From: an uncultured bacterium
GTDB lineage: Bacteria > Eisenbacteria > RBG-16-71-46 > CAIMUX01 > WJJG01
Direction: 5' to 3'
NCBI GenBank assembly: GCA_964612295.1
Contig: CAZTDY010000009.1
Location: forward strand, 25,992-89,991
DNA: 64,000 nucleotides
In this document: one piece after another, positions 44,332 through 52,929 of the stretch
Layout of the letters: every line of letters begins with the position of its first letter
How positions within the stretch are numbered: the stretch's first letter is position 1
The notes under the pieces: generated by a model
Databases searched by the model: none
The model's input: the letters and a program-made list of their open reading frames with translations, nothing else
What the model was told of the DNA's origin: nothing
Position numbers and translations under genes: made by a program

Positions 44332-46986
44332 CTACTCCACCACCACGACCCGCCTCGTCATCTGGGCTTCGTCGCTCTTGGCGCGAACGAAGTAGACGCC
44401 CGCCGCGGCAGCATATCCGTTCGCATCACGGCCGTCCCAGGTCACCGTGTGCATCCCGGCCGGGTAGTCCGCCTGCGCAAGAGTGCGCACGCGGCGACCG
44501 CTTGCATCGAAGAGGTCGACCCGCGCCTGGCCACCCGCCGGGAGACTGAGGTGGAGAACCGTGGGGCCGGACGTCACGGACGGCAGCGGCCGGCTGAGAC
44601 GCAGGGCGAACGGCTGGCGTTCCTCGGGGATCCCCTGATTGTCACCCAACAGATACTCGACCGAGTTCTCGAGGAGTTGGGCGGCCACCGCATTGTTCGC
44701 CAGAGCCTCGTAGTCGAACGAGTAGAAGACCACCGCGGGCAAGGAGCGCTCGGGGCTCTCGTAGACGAGGATGCCCGCATCGTCCGGATAGGAGCTGGGA
44801 CCATAGACCACCACCGCGTCGGCGGTCGGTGAGGCCGCATCCTCATCACCGAAGTAGTCGTAGTCGATGTCGAGCGTCGAGGGCAAGGCGTTTGGCGTCG
44901 TCGCCAGCGGATGACTCGCCTGCTCGGCGCGCAGGTTCAGATCACCCACATTGTCGCCGTGGTAGGTGGAGATGTGCAGCACGTCCGAGGCAAAGTGACC
45001 GTAGCCGGGGCTCTGCAGGGCATCGTATGCAATCTCACCGCCCTCGATCAGCAGCTTGCCGCCGTTTTCGATGTAGTTCTGGATTGCATCTCTCCGGCCC
45101 GCCATACGAACAGGGCTCTTGAACGAACCCGCGCTCCAGACGAGCAGGTCATAGTCGGCCCACGTATCCGACTGGGTCGTCACGATTGTCTCCTGGGTGG
45201 CCAGGTAGCCGAGCGTGGTCAGATCATCCGCGATGATGAAAGAGGGGTTTTCATCCCAAACCACGAGCACGTCGGCGCGCGACACCGGCAGCGTGAAGTC
45301 GAGGTCGAGGTTGGCGTTTACCACGCGGGTTTCGGTCACCGTCAGATGGCCGCCGGCACTGGCCACGATGTCGTAGGTGCCGCCGGGTAGGGTCATTTCA
45401 TAGACGCCGGTGCCCGGATTCACAGCAACTTCGACAGAGAATGCACCGCCGCCCATCTGGAGATACGCGCGGACGACCGCGTCGCTCAAGGGGGTTCCGG
45501 TGCCGGCTTCGGTGACAGCGCCATCCACGACGTGCCAGTCCCCGTCACGCTGCAGCTGAACATCGTGCTGCGTCGTCACGCCGGCGGAGACCGTGATGGG
45601 CGACGACGTATAGGTCTGATACCCGTAGGACTCGACCTCGAGCGTATAGGTGCCGGTTTCGAGCATGCGGTGATAGAGGCCGTCCGCCGGATCGTTGTAG
45701 ATCGTCTTGCCGATCTCGGTCACATCGATCGTGGATGCGACCGGTGTTCCGTCCAGCGCATCGGTGACGGTCCCCTCGACGCCGTTGCGAGCCTGATTGA
45801 GCAACCAGATCATCGAATCGCGATTGTCATCCCAGAGACCGGCCAGTTGGGCGGAGGACGGCCACTTCACGTTGTTGAGTTCGATGCAGAAGTGAAGCTC
45901 ATTGCGCCAATGGTAACCCCAATCCTGGAAGCCGCCATGGACCACGTACCATTCCCATCCGATGACCACGCCGTTCTCGAATTGAGGGCTGCTCCACATC
46001 GGTGGATTCCGGAAGGAATACCCCAGCGCGAGGTTGTGAATCTGGTCGTGGTCGGGCGTGTAGACCCCGTACCAGCAATCCCACGGGTAGTTCACCACCA
46101 GGGCGCCCGTGTGGTAGTTCACCCCGATGGTGAAGTTGTAGTCGTACTGCCAGATCATCATGTGCTGCACTTCGGTGGGCCGTCCGGCCGGATCGTCGAC
46201 CGGATCATCGTCCGGATCGGGGAAGTTGCGATTGAGATCGTAGCCGCTCGCGTTGTAGCGGCTCCCGCTGGCATTGCCGTCCGGGTTGTGAAGCGGACAA
46301 AACCACATCTCGAGATCGTCGACCAGGGCGGTCAGCTCCGGATCGACCCCGTACTGGTCGAGGATCAGCCGCAGCAGATAGATGATCATCTCGGTTCCGA
46401 CCGGCTCATCGCCATGCATGGTCGAGGTGAACTTGATCGCCGGCTCTTGCTCATCGACGCTCACGTTGTCGGAGAGCTTCACCATCCAGAGTTCGCGCCC
46501 CTCTTCCGATTGTCCGATCGAGGTCACCATCACGAGGTCGGGGTTGTCCGTCTCCATCTGTAGCAGCTCGGCGGTCAGCGACTCGTAGGTATGGTAGTCC
46601 TCCCGCCCGGGGGTGCGGAGTCCCGCCTCGACACCCTCTTTGAATTCCAGGAATGCCCTGCGAGCCTGGTTGGGAATGGGAGCAATCTCGAAGCCCGCGC
46701 TCGTGAGTTCGGCAAGCTCTTCGTCATCAACGTAGACGGTCGCCGTCGTGCCCTGCACCCGGTCGATGTCCACCCCCGACGACTGTAGCCAATCCAGGTG
46801 TTGCGGGCTCGGCAGCGACACCTCAGCCGGGAATCGGCCGGTGAAGGGACAACGGTCCGCTTCGGTTGGCACGAAGCCTGTTGCTCCCGCCTGGCAGAAC
46901 CACCCCGCTGCCACCAGCAAGGCCACTCCCCACAGCAGAGTCCGTCCGACGCATCCAGCTTCCAGCCATCCACCCGTGAGCCTCAT
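44332..46986 (-). CDS. Secreted M14 carboxypeptidase (N/E, CPD-like) with CarboxypepD_reg-like domains and FlgD Ig-like C-terminus
   Basis: STMHGDEPVG, RYNASGYDLNRNFP, NYHTGALVVNYPWD, CIELNNVKWP; GVEGTVTDA transthyretin-like domains; C-terminus DASGRRVRTL...TWDGRDANG...GVYFVR. Confidence 0.92.
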   Translation of the reverse strand: MRLTGGWLEAGCVGRTLLWGVALLVAAGWFCQAGATGFVPTEADRCPFTGRFPAEVSLPSPQHLDWLQSSGVDIDRVQGTTATVYVDDEELAELTSAGFEIAPIPNQARRAFLEFKEGVEAGLRTPGREDYHTYESLTAELLQMETDNPDLVMVTSIGQSEEGRELWMVKLSDNVSVDEQEPAIKFTSTMHGDEPVGTEMIIYLLRLILDQYGVDPELTALVDDLEMWFCPLHNPDGNASGSRYNASGYDLNRNFPDPDDDPVDDPAGRPTEVQHMMIWQYDYNFTIGVNYHTGALVVNYPWDCWYGVYTPDHDQIHNLALGYSFRNPPMWSSPQFENGVVIGWEWYVVHGGFQDWGYHWRNELHFCIELNNVKWPSSAQLAGLWDDNRDSMIWLLNQARNGVEGTVTDALDGTPVASTIDVTEIGKTIYNDPADGLYHRMLETGTYTLEVESYGYQTYTSSPITVSAGVTTQHDVQLQRDGDWHVVDGAVTEAGTGTPLSDAVVRAYLQMGGGAFSVEVAVNPGTGVYEMTLPGGTYDIVASAGGHLTVTETRVVNANLDLDFTLPVSRADVLVVWDENPSFIIADDLTTLGYLATQETIVTTQSDTWADYDLLVWSAGSFKSPVRMAGRRDAIQNYIENGGKLLIEGGEIAYDALQSPGYGHFASDVLHISTYHGDNVGDLNLRAEQASHPLATTPNALPSTLDIDYDYFGDEDAASPTADAVVVYGPSSYPDDAGILVYESPERSLPAVVFYSFDYEALANNAVAAQLLENSVEYLLGDNQGIPEERQPFALRLSRPLPSVTSGPTVLHLSLPAGGQARVDLFDASGRRVRTLAQADYPAGMHTVTWDGRDANGYAAAAGVYFVRAKSDEAQMTRRVVVVE

Positions 46987-47174
46987 GGTTGTTCCTCCCC
47001 GTCAAGACGATCCTTCTGCCTGAGTGCACAGCGCATCGGGCAGTAGCCCTTACAATTATAGCACTTCCGGCGGTTGGATTCACGTTTCGCCGGCCTGGGA
47101 GCCGTCCGGCCCGGAATCGGCTATCCCATTTCGTGCTCAGGAGATGACCCGGCAGGGTCGATCTTGGAAGAGCC

Positions 47175-47759
47175 ATGAAGAAACCGCTCTCGCCCAAGGA
47201 TGAACTCCAGCTCCGCCGGAGCTATCACAACTGCTACGCGCAAATTCTGCGTTGGGGCGAGGAGCGGGTGCCGCTCAACCAGTTTCTGAACCGCACGTTA
47301 CAGATCGTCGGCCTGGAGAGAGAGGTCTCCAGGGCCTACGTCTTCCGGATGGACCGTGCCCGGGGACGGATGCTCGGAACCCACGAGTGGACCGCCGAGG
47401 GCATCACGCCCTATCTGGGTCTGGAAGCGAGCTTTGACGACTTCCCCTACTGGGTCGCCCAGCTCGAGGCCAACCGGATCATCGTGGGCAGCAACATCCG
47501 TCGGGATCTGCCTGCCGAGGTTCATGAAGTCCTCACCATGCAGGACATTCTCAGCATCCTGGTCGGGCCGCTGCAGGTCGCCGGAGAGCTGTGGGGGTTC
47601 ATGGGTCTCGACGAGTGCTCGGTGAGCCGCGAATGGACCCATCTGGAGGCTGAGTTGTTTCATGGATTGTGCAGGGCGGCCGCGGCAGTGATCGGCCAGA
47701 CCCCGGTCCGTACAGGGTCGAGCGTGCTGTCCCCGCGGGGTGAGATGGTGCCGGACTAG
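47175..47759 (+). CDS. Stand-alone GAF domain protein
   Basis: VSRAYVF...THEWTAEGI...DILSILVGPLQVAGELWGFMGLDEC...REW; no output domain follows. Confidence 0.8.
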   Translation: MKKPLSPKDELQLRRSYHNCYAQILRWGEERVPLNQFLNRTLQIVGLEREVSRAYVFRMDRARGRMLGTHEWTAEGITPYLGLEASFDDFPYWVAQLEANRIIVGSNIRRDLPAEVHEVLTMQDILSILVGPLQVAGELWGFMGLDECSVSREWTHLEAELFHGLCRAAAAVIGQTPVRTGSSVLSPRGEMVPD

Positions 47760-47775
47760 CCGGCGGGCCTCAGTC

Positions 47776-47804
47776 TTGACCGAGTCGTCAATTGAAGATA
47801 GTCT
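47776..47804 (+). promoter_or_regulatory. sigma70 promoter of the Fur-family gene, with an overlapping palindrome; probably leaderless
   Basis: TTGACC-N17-TAGTCT; TTGAC-N6-GTCAA palindrome over the -35; ATG 47813 is 8 nt after the -10, without a clear SD. Confidence 0.55.
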
Positions 47805-47812
47805 CCCGGACC

Positions 47813-48325
47813 ATGAGCACAAACGACCCCGGCCCCAATGGCTCGATCTATGATGAGCTCGACTTCCCCCGCCTGTTGCGTGGCGCCGGTCTCAAGGTAA
47901 CCAAGACCCGTCTGGGACTGCTGACGTTGGTGGCGCGTGAAAACCGTCACCTGACGGCGGACGAGATCACCAGCGGCCTTCATGCCGACGGTATCCAACT
48001 GGACCGGGTCACGGTCTATCGGAACATCGATCGGATGCTGGACGCGGGCCTGTTCGTCGCGTCATTCCTTCCCGGCCGCGCTTTGCGCGTGGGTCTCTGC
48101 CGGCATCCGGACGCCCCCCATCATCACCATATCGTCTGCGAAAAATGCGGGCGGATGGCCGAGACCGAAGGGTGCTTGGTGTCGGATCGATGGGACCTGC
48201 TGTGCAAAGAGCTGCGAACCCAAACCGGATTCGATCTGACCGGCCACGTGATGCAGTACGTCGGCCTTTGCCCCCAGTGCAGCTCCTCCGGCGGTCGTTC
48301 GCCGGAAGGAACACTCAAATCATAG
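47813..48325 (+). CDS. Fur-family transcriptional regulator
   Basis: LKVTKTRL, HLTADEI, TVYRNID, HHHHIVCEKCG, VGLCPQC (two CxxC). Confidence 0.92.
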   Translation: MSTNDPGPNGSIYDELDFPRLLRGAGLKVTKTRLGLLTLVARENRHLTADEITSGLHADGIQLDRVTVYRNIDRMLDAGLFVASFLPGRALRVGLCRHPDAPHHHHIVCEKCGRMAETEGCLVSDRWDLLCKELRTQTGFDLTGHVMQYVGLCPQCSSSGGRSPEGTLKS

Positions 48326-48385
48326 GTTGTTGAACGCCTCATGAGCGCTTCTGGCAGGAATGCGCAGAGGTTACAGGAGATATCG

Positions 48386-50371
48386 ATGAGTCGGTGGCTG
48401 ATTGTGGCGGCTCTGCTCACCTGCCTGATGGGCTCCATGGTGATGACGGGTTGCGGATTCCGGCAGGCCGCGAGTGCCGAGGTGCGGCCCCAGGTGATGA
48501 AAGCGGCGACCCCGTCCGAGCCGGCCTCTACGGCGGCACACCAGGACGATCCCGAGCAGAACGCCGATACGGAGTGGTTGATCGACAGCCTCGCGGTGAC
48601 GGTTGACTCGCTCAACCTGCCGGGGGTTTTCGAAGTCGATCTGCCTGATATCTCCGATAGCCTGGCCGCGGCCACCGAGGCTCAGCTGCCTTCGGTCGAT
48701 GAACTCTTCGACTATCCCGTGGACGTCAATCACCGGGTCCTCACCTGGGTCGACTACTTCCTGGGGAAGGGGCGGCGGAGTTTTGAGATCGGGCTGACGC
48801 GATCCGGCCGGTACCTGGCCATGGCTCGCCGGATTTTTGCCGAGGAAGGCGTTCCCCAAGACCTCGCTTTCCTGGCACACATCGAAAGCGGTTTTCGTCA
48901 TAACGCACGATCCTCTGCGCGTGCGCTGGGATTGTGGCAGTTCATGCGAGGCACCGCCTCCATCTACAACCTGCGCTGTGACTCCTACGTGGATGAACGC
49001 CTCGACCCCGAGAAGTCGACCCGGGCCTGCGCGCAACATCTTCGGGATCTCCACGACGAGTACGACGATTGGTACCTGTCCCTGGCCGCCTACAACGCGG
49101 GCGCCGGAAAGGTCAATCGCGCGATCCGCAAGGCCGGCGCGCGCGACTTCTGGGCGATTGCCCGCACGCGGTATCTGGTCAACGAGACGCGCAACTTCGT
49201 GCCCCAGATTCTGGCCGCAACGCTTCTGGCAAAATCACCCGGGGCCTATGGCTTTAGCGAAACCACCGACCCCCCGCTCGAATATGACTCGGTGACCGTC
49301 GACTCCCCGACCGATCTGCGCGTTGTATCCAGCTGCACGGGCGTCTCCGTGGACGATCTGCAGGAATTGAATCCCGCGCTCCTCCTCATGCAGACCCCCC
49401 GAGCCTCCGAGTACGCGATTCACGTGCCCAAGGGATCCGGCGAGCGGTTTGCGCTCGAGATCGCGAAGATCCCGGCTGACAAGCGACTCGTGTTCCACCG
49501 GCACATCGTCCGCAGCGGTCAGACGCTCGGCCTCCTCGCCCGCCGTTATGGAACCACGGTCCGGGCCATCCAGGACGCGAACCGTCTGGGCCGAAAGACG
49601 ACGATCTATGTCGGCGACACGCTTCTCATCCCCAGCCGTCAGGGGGGCACGGCGGACTACGCCATGCTGGGCCGCGAGGGTGCGGTCAATCACACCGTAC
49701 GGCGCGGGGACTGCATCTCGGGAATCGCCGCTCACTATGGCGTCCCCTCCAAGGCCATCGTCGAGGTCAATGGCCTCACCGACCCGAGTCGCATCCATCC
49801 GGGGCAGATTCTTGCGATCCCCGTTCCGCCTCAACGCCGCAGCACCGCCACCGCGGCGGACAACGCCCTCGCGGAGCGCGAATCGAACCAGAAGGTTGGC
49901 GCTCACCGCAGTCAGCCGACCCACACCTTGCGCGCCCAAAACAACTCCGACTCGTTGGGCCGCGTTCCGACCACCGCCCACATCGTCGCCCAGGCCCGCG
50001 AGGCCATTCGTCTGGAGGAAGAGCTGGCCGCGGCTCAGGGGCCTCCCCCAAAGACAGGACCCACCACCCATGTCGTACGCCGGGGCGACACGTTGTCGGA
50101 AATCGCGACGCGCTATGGGGTCCGGGTCAGCCAACTCCGCAGCTGGAACGATCTGGGACGGTCCCACGTGATTCATCCGGGTCAGGAGCTGTCGGTAGCG
50201 CCACCAGGTGGCGTTTTGACGGCGAATTCGCGAATTCACACCGTGCGGCGCGGTGAGTCGATCTGGCTGATCGCCCAGCATTACGGAGTAGGCGTCTCCG
50301 ATTTGCTCAACTGGAACAATCTCAGTCGGCGCGCCGTGATATATCCAGGACAGAAACTTCGGCTATACTAG
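48386..50371 (+). CDS. mltD: Membrane-bound lytic murein transglycosylase D with four LysM domains
   Basis: RBS CAGGAG; lipobox-like MTGC; SLT motifs IESGF, GLWQFM, AAYNAG, ETRNFVPQI; LysM repeats HIVRSGQTL, HTVRRGDCI, HVVRRGDTL, HTVRRGESI. Confidence 0.9.
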   Translation: MSRWLIVAALLTCLMGSMVMTGCGFRQAASAEVRPQVMKAATPSEPASTAAHQDDPEQNADTEWLIDSLAVTVDSLNLPGVFEVDLPDISDSLAAATEAQLPSVDELFDYPVDVNHRVLTWVDYFLGKGRRSFEIGLTRSGRYLAMARRIFAEEGVPQDLAFLAHIESGFRHNARSSARALGLWQFMRGTASIYNLRCDSYVDERLDPEKSTRACAQHLRDLHDEYDDWYLSLAAYNAGAGKVNRAIRKAGARDFWAIARTRYLVNETRNFVPQILAATLLAKSPGAYGFSETTDPPLEYDSVTVDSPTDLRVVSSCTGVSVDDLQELNPALLLMQTPRASEYAIHVPKGSGERFALEIAKIPADKRLVFHRHIVRSGQTLGLLARRYGTTVRAIQDANRLGRKTTIYVGDTLLIPSRQGGTADYAMLGREGAVNHTVRRGDCISGIAAHYGVPSKAIVEVNGLTDPSRIHPGQILAIPVPPQRRSTATAADNALAERESNQKVGAHRSQPTHTLRAQNNSDSLGRVPTTAHIVAQAREAIRLEEELAAAQGPPPKTGPTTHVVRRGDTLSEIATRYGVRVSQLRSWNDLGRSHVIHPGQELSVAPPGGVLTANSRIHTVRRGESIWLIAQHYGVGVSDLLNWNNLSRRAVIYPGQKLRLY

Positions 50372-50421
50372 AGGCAAGCCATCCCCCGGCCGTTAACGTT
50401 CGCCAGAGAGGGGACCCTGCC

Positions 50422-51765
50422 ATGCCGAAGACATATCCCCGTCCGCTGAGTCGTGTGCTGCGCGTGCCTCTTCCCCTGATGATGAGTCTGTTCCTCCTGC
50501 CCGCCCTCGCACACGGTACCCTTTGGATCGTGGATCCCGAGGGCGGCGGCGACTTCACCGAGATCCAACCCGCAGTCGAGGCCGCCCAAACCGGCGATGA
50601 AGTCGAGGTTCGGCCCGGCACGTATGAGGAGTTCATCAACTACGGAGGGAAGGAGATCCGCGTCTACAGCTCCTCGGGATACGCCGTGACCACGATCCGA
50701 CCGGGGACGGGCCCATATCGACCGGGGACGGGCCCATATCACACGATCACCTTTGAATCGGGAGAGGGGCGCGCGGCAGTTCTCGAAGGCTTCACGGTGA
50801 CCGGCGGCATCGGGCGGCACATGGCGTCGCTCGGTGGACGAAGCGGGGGGGCCATCGGCTGCTACGATTCGGATCCCACCTTTCGCGACTGCATGTTCCG
50901 TGAGAATACGGCCGACTACGGTGGGGCCATCGCACTCGATGGCTCGAATCCCCTGATCACGGGGTGCCTGTTTGTAGAAAACGTGGTGGAAAACAACGGC
51001 TCGGCCATCGCGGGACCGAATTCGGCGCCGACGATCGAAGAATGCGCCTTCACCGACAACGAGGCCCCCTTCGGATTCGGCACCGTCCATCTCAACGCGC
51101 CGGCCGAGATTCTGGGTTGCACCTTCTTCGACAACGAGGCCCGGGGGGCGGGCGCCATCAACCTCCCCGACGATGGGGCCGACATGCACATCACGGGATG
51201 TCTCTTCTGGGCCAACCAATCGCTCAGCTTTCACGGAGGGGCCCTCCGAATCCATGAGGCCGACCCGGTCATCGAGTCCTGCACCTTCATCGACAACCGT
51301 GCCGCGATCGACGGCGGGGCCATCATGATCCAGGATGGCGCCGATGCTCAGGTCCGCCACTGCACCTTCTACGCAAACCTGGCGTCCCGGAGCGGGGCGA
51401 ACTTCGCCATCTGGGACTACAGCTCACCGGTGATCGAGAACTGCATCATGGCCGAAGGTCTCGATGGGTACGGCGTCTTCGTCGAGAATTCCGCCCCGAT
51501 CTTCCTCTGCACCTGCTCCTGGAACAACCGGCCGGACAACTTCATCGCCTTCCCCGATCCCACGGGGACGGACGGCAACATCACCGTCAATCCGCTCTTC
51601 TGCGGAGAGTCCAGCCGCGATTTCACCCTCCACTCGCTGTCCGAGTGCGCCGAGGAGAACAACCCCGAGTGCGGCCAGATCGGACGCTATGGAGTAGCCT
51701 GCGGCCCAACACCTTCCATTGAAACGAGTTGGGGCGAGATCAAGGCGCTTTTCCTATCCAAGTAG
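50422..51765 (+). CDS. Secreted right-handed parallel beta-helix repeat protein with C-terminal TSWGEIKALF motif
   Basis: VDPEGGGDFTEIQPAVEAAQTGDEV (DUF1565-like); repeats P.I..C.F..N.A..GGAI; Cys-rich closing segment; terminal ETSWGEIKALFLSK. Confidence 0.88.
   Translation: MPKTYPRPLSRVLRVPLPLMMSLFLLPALAHGTLWIVDPEGGGDFTEIQPAVEAAQTGDEVEVRPGTYEEFINYGGKEIRVYSSSGYAVTTIRPGTGPYRPGTGPYHTITFESGEGRAAVLEGFTVTGGIGRHMASLGGRSGGAIGCYDSDPTFRDCMFRENTADYGGAIALDGSNPLITGCLFVENVVENNGSAIAGPNSAPTIEECAFTDNEAPFGFGTVHLNAPAEILGCTFFDNEARGAGAINLPDDGADMHITGCLFWANQSLSFHGGALRIHEADPVIESCTFIDNRAAIDGGAIMIQDGADAQVRHCTFYANLASRSGANFAIWDYSSPVIENCIMAEGLDGYGVFVENSAPIFLCTCSWNNRPDNFIAFPDPTGTDGNITVNPLFCGESSRDFTLHSLSECAEENNPECGQIGRYGVACGPTPSIETSWGEIKALFLSK
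50698..50739 (+). repeat. Perfect 21-bp tandem duplication (in frame, RPGTGPY x2)
   Basis: CGACCGGGGACGGGCCCATAT occurs twice, head to tail. Confidence 0.9.
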
Positions 51766-51861
51766 ACCGTGCCCTGAAGAATCGGGACCTGATCAGGGAT
51801 CGGGCTGTTCTAGGGGAAGATCGAGCGACTGGAAGCACATGGGAAGAATGGCGGACACACG

Positions 51862-52455
51862 ATGAAATCGTTGGAGACAAGGACACGGCCCCATCGGAGC
51901 AGCTTGCGGCACGGGACCGTGCTGGCGCTTGCCCTATTGGGCCTGTGCGTGGGAATCGGCCTGGCCCTCGCTGAGGAGGATGCTGCGACTCCGGCGCGGG
52001 TGACCGCCTCCGCAAAGGCCACCACCGCCGTGGCCGCCCCTCCCGACACGCTGCTCCAGGCTGTCGCTGGCATTCTGGACGCCCCTGACGGCGTCACCGT
52101 TCTTCACTTCCACGCGGCCGAGCGCTGCGCCGACTGCATCCTCATCGAGACCTACGTGCGGGACTACGTCGAGCAGATCTTCGCCAAAGAGTTCGAAGCC
52201 GGATCGCTCCACTACCGGCTCATCAATGTCGATCTGCCCGAAAACCTGCCCATCTGCGATCACTACGAGATCGACGACACCATGGTCGTGCTGACCCGCT
52301 GGCGCGGCGGACAGGAACAGGAGTGGCTGGCGCTGTGGGAGGTCTGGGATTACGTCGAGGACTCGATCTCCCTGACGACCTACGTCGGTGACGAACTCAT
52401 CACGTTGCTCGAGGCAGCCGCTGCCGATGAGGCCGGCAAAACTGCTGACCGCTAG
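51862..52455 (+). CDS. Exported thioredoxin-like protein, ArsF-like family
   Basis: N-terminal signal/TM; VLHFHAAERCADCILIE (RCxxC); sits next to the ArsR operon, the usual context of this family. Confidence 0.65.
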   Translation: MKSLETRTRPHRSSLRHGTVLALALLGLCVGIGLALAEEDAATPARVTASAKATTAVAAPPDTLLQAVAGILDAPDGVTVLHFHAAERCADCILIETYVRDYVEQIFAKEFEAGSLHYRLINVDLPENLPICDHYEIDDTMVVLTRWRGGQEQEWLALWEVWDYVEDSISLTTYVGDELITLLEAAAADEAGKTADR

Positions 52456-52536
52456 ATCCTCCGGCCACCACTCTGACAACCTCCTACCTTTTACTGAGTT
52501 AGGGTTCGTCTGCCACGATTCTCCCCAAATCGATCC

Positions 52537-52565
52537 TTGACTTGGCCATTTGGCCATCTTACAAT
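52537..52565 (+). promoter_or_regulatory. Near-consensus sigma70 promoter of the ars operon with ArsR-type operator in the spacer
   Basis: TTGACT-N17-TACAAT; spacer contains TTGGC-CATTTG-GCCAT (52542-52557), also readable as TTGGCCAT x2. Confidence 0.75.
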
Positions 52566-52593
52566 TACGCCAATCAGCAAAACTGGAGGTTCA

Positions 52594-52929
52594 ATGGACA
52601 GCGTAAGGGCTGCCCGGCTCGAAGCCCGGGCCCGGATCCTCAAGGCGATGGCCCATCCGTCGCGGCTTCTGATCCTCGAGGAGTTGGCGGATGGTTCGCG
52701 CTGCGTGGCCGAGCTGACCGCCTTGGTCGGCGCGGATGTCTCCACGGTCTCGAAGCACCTGTCCGTGCTTCGGGAGGCGGGCCTGGTGGTGGGGGCACGC
52801 AGCGGCTCCCAGGTGAACTACACGCTCCACGTGCCCTGCGTCCTCAACTTCTTCGGATGCGTGGAAGCCGTCCTTCGGACCAAGGCCGAAGAACAGATGA
52901 ACCTCCTGAATGAGAGTGTCGACCCATGA
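52594..52929 (+). CDS. arsR: ArsR/SmtB family metalloregulator
   Basis: RBS GGAGG; ILKAMAHPSRLLIL, RCVAEL, STVSKHLSVLREAGLV; C-terminal PCVLNFFGC cysteine pair. Confidence 0.92.
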   Translation: MDSVRAARLEARARILKAMAHPSRLLILEELADGSRCVAELTALVGADVSTVSKHLSVLREAGLVVGARSGSQVNYTLHVPCVLNFFGCVEAVLRTKAEEQMNLLNESVDP

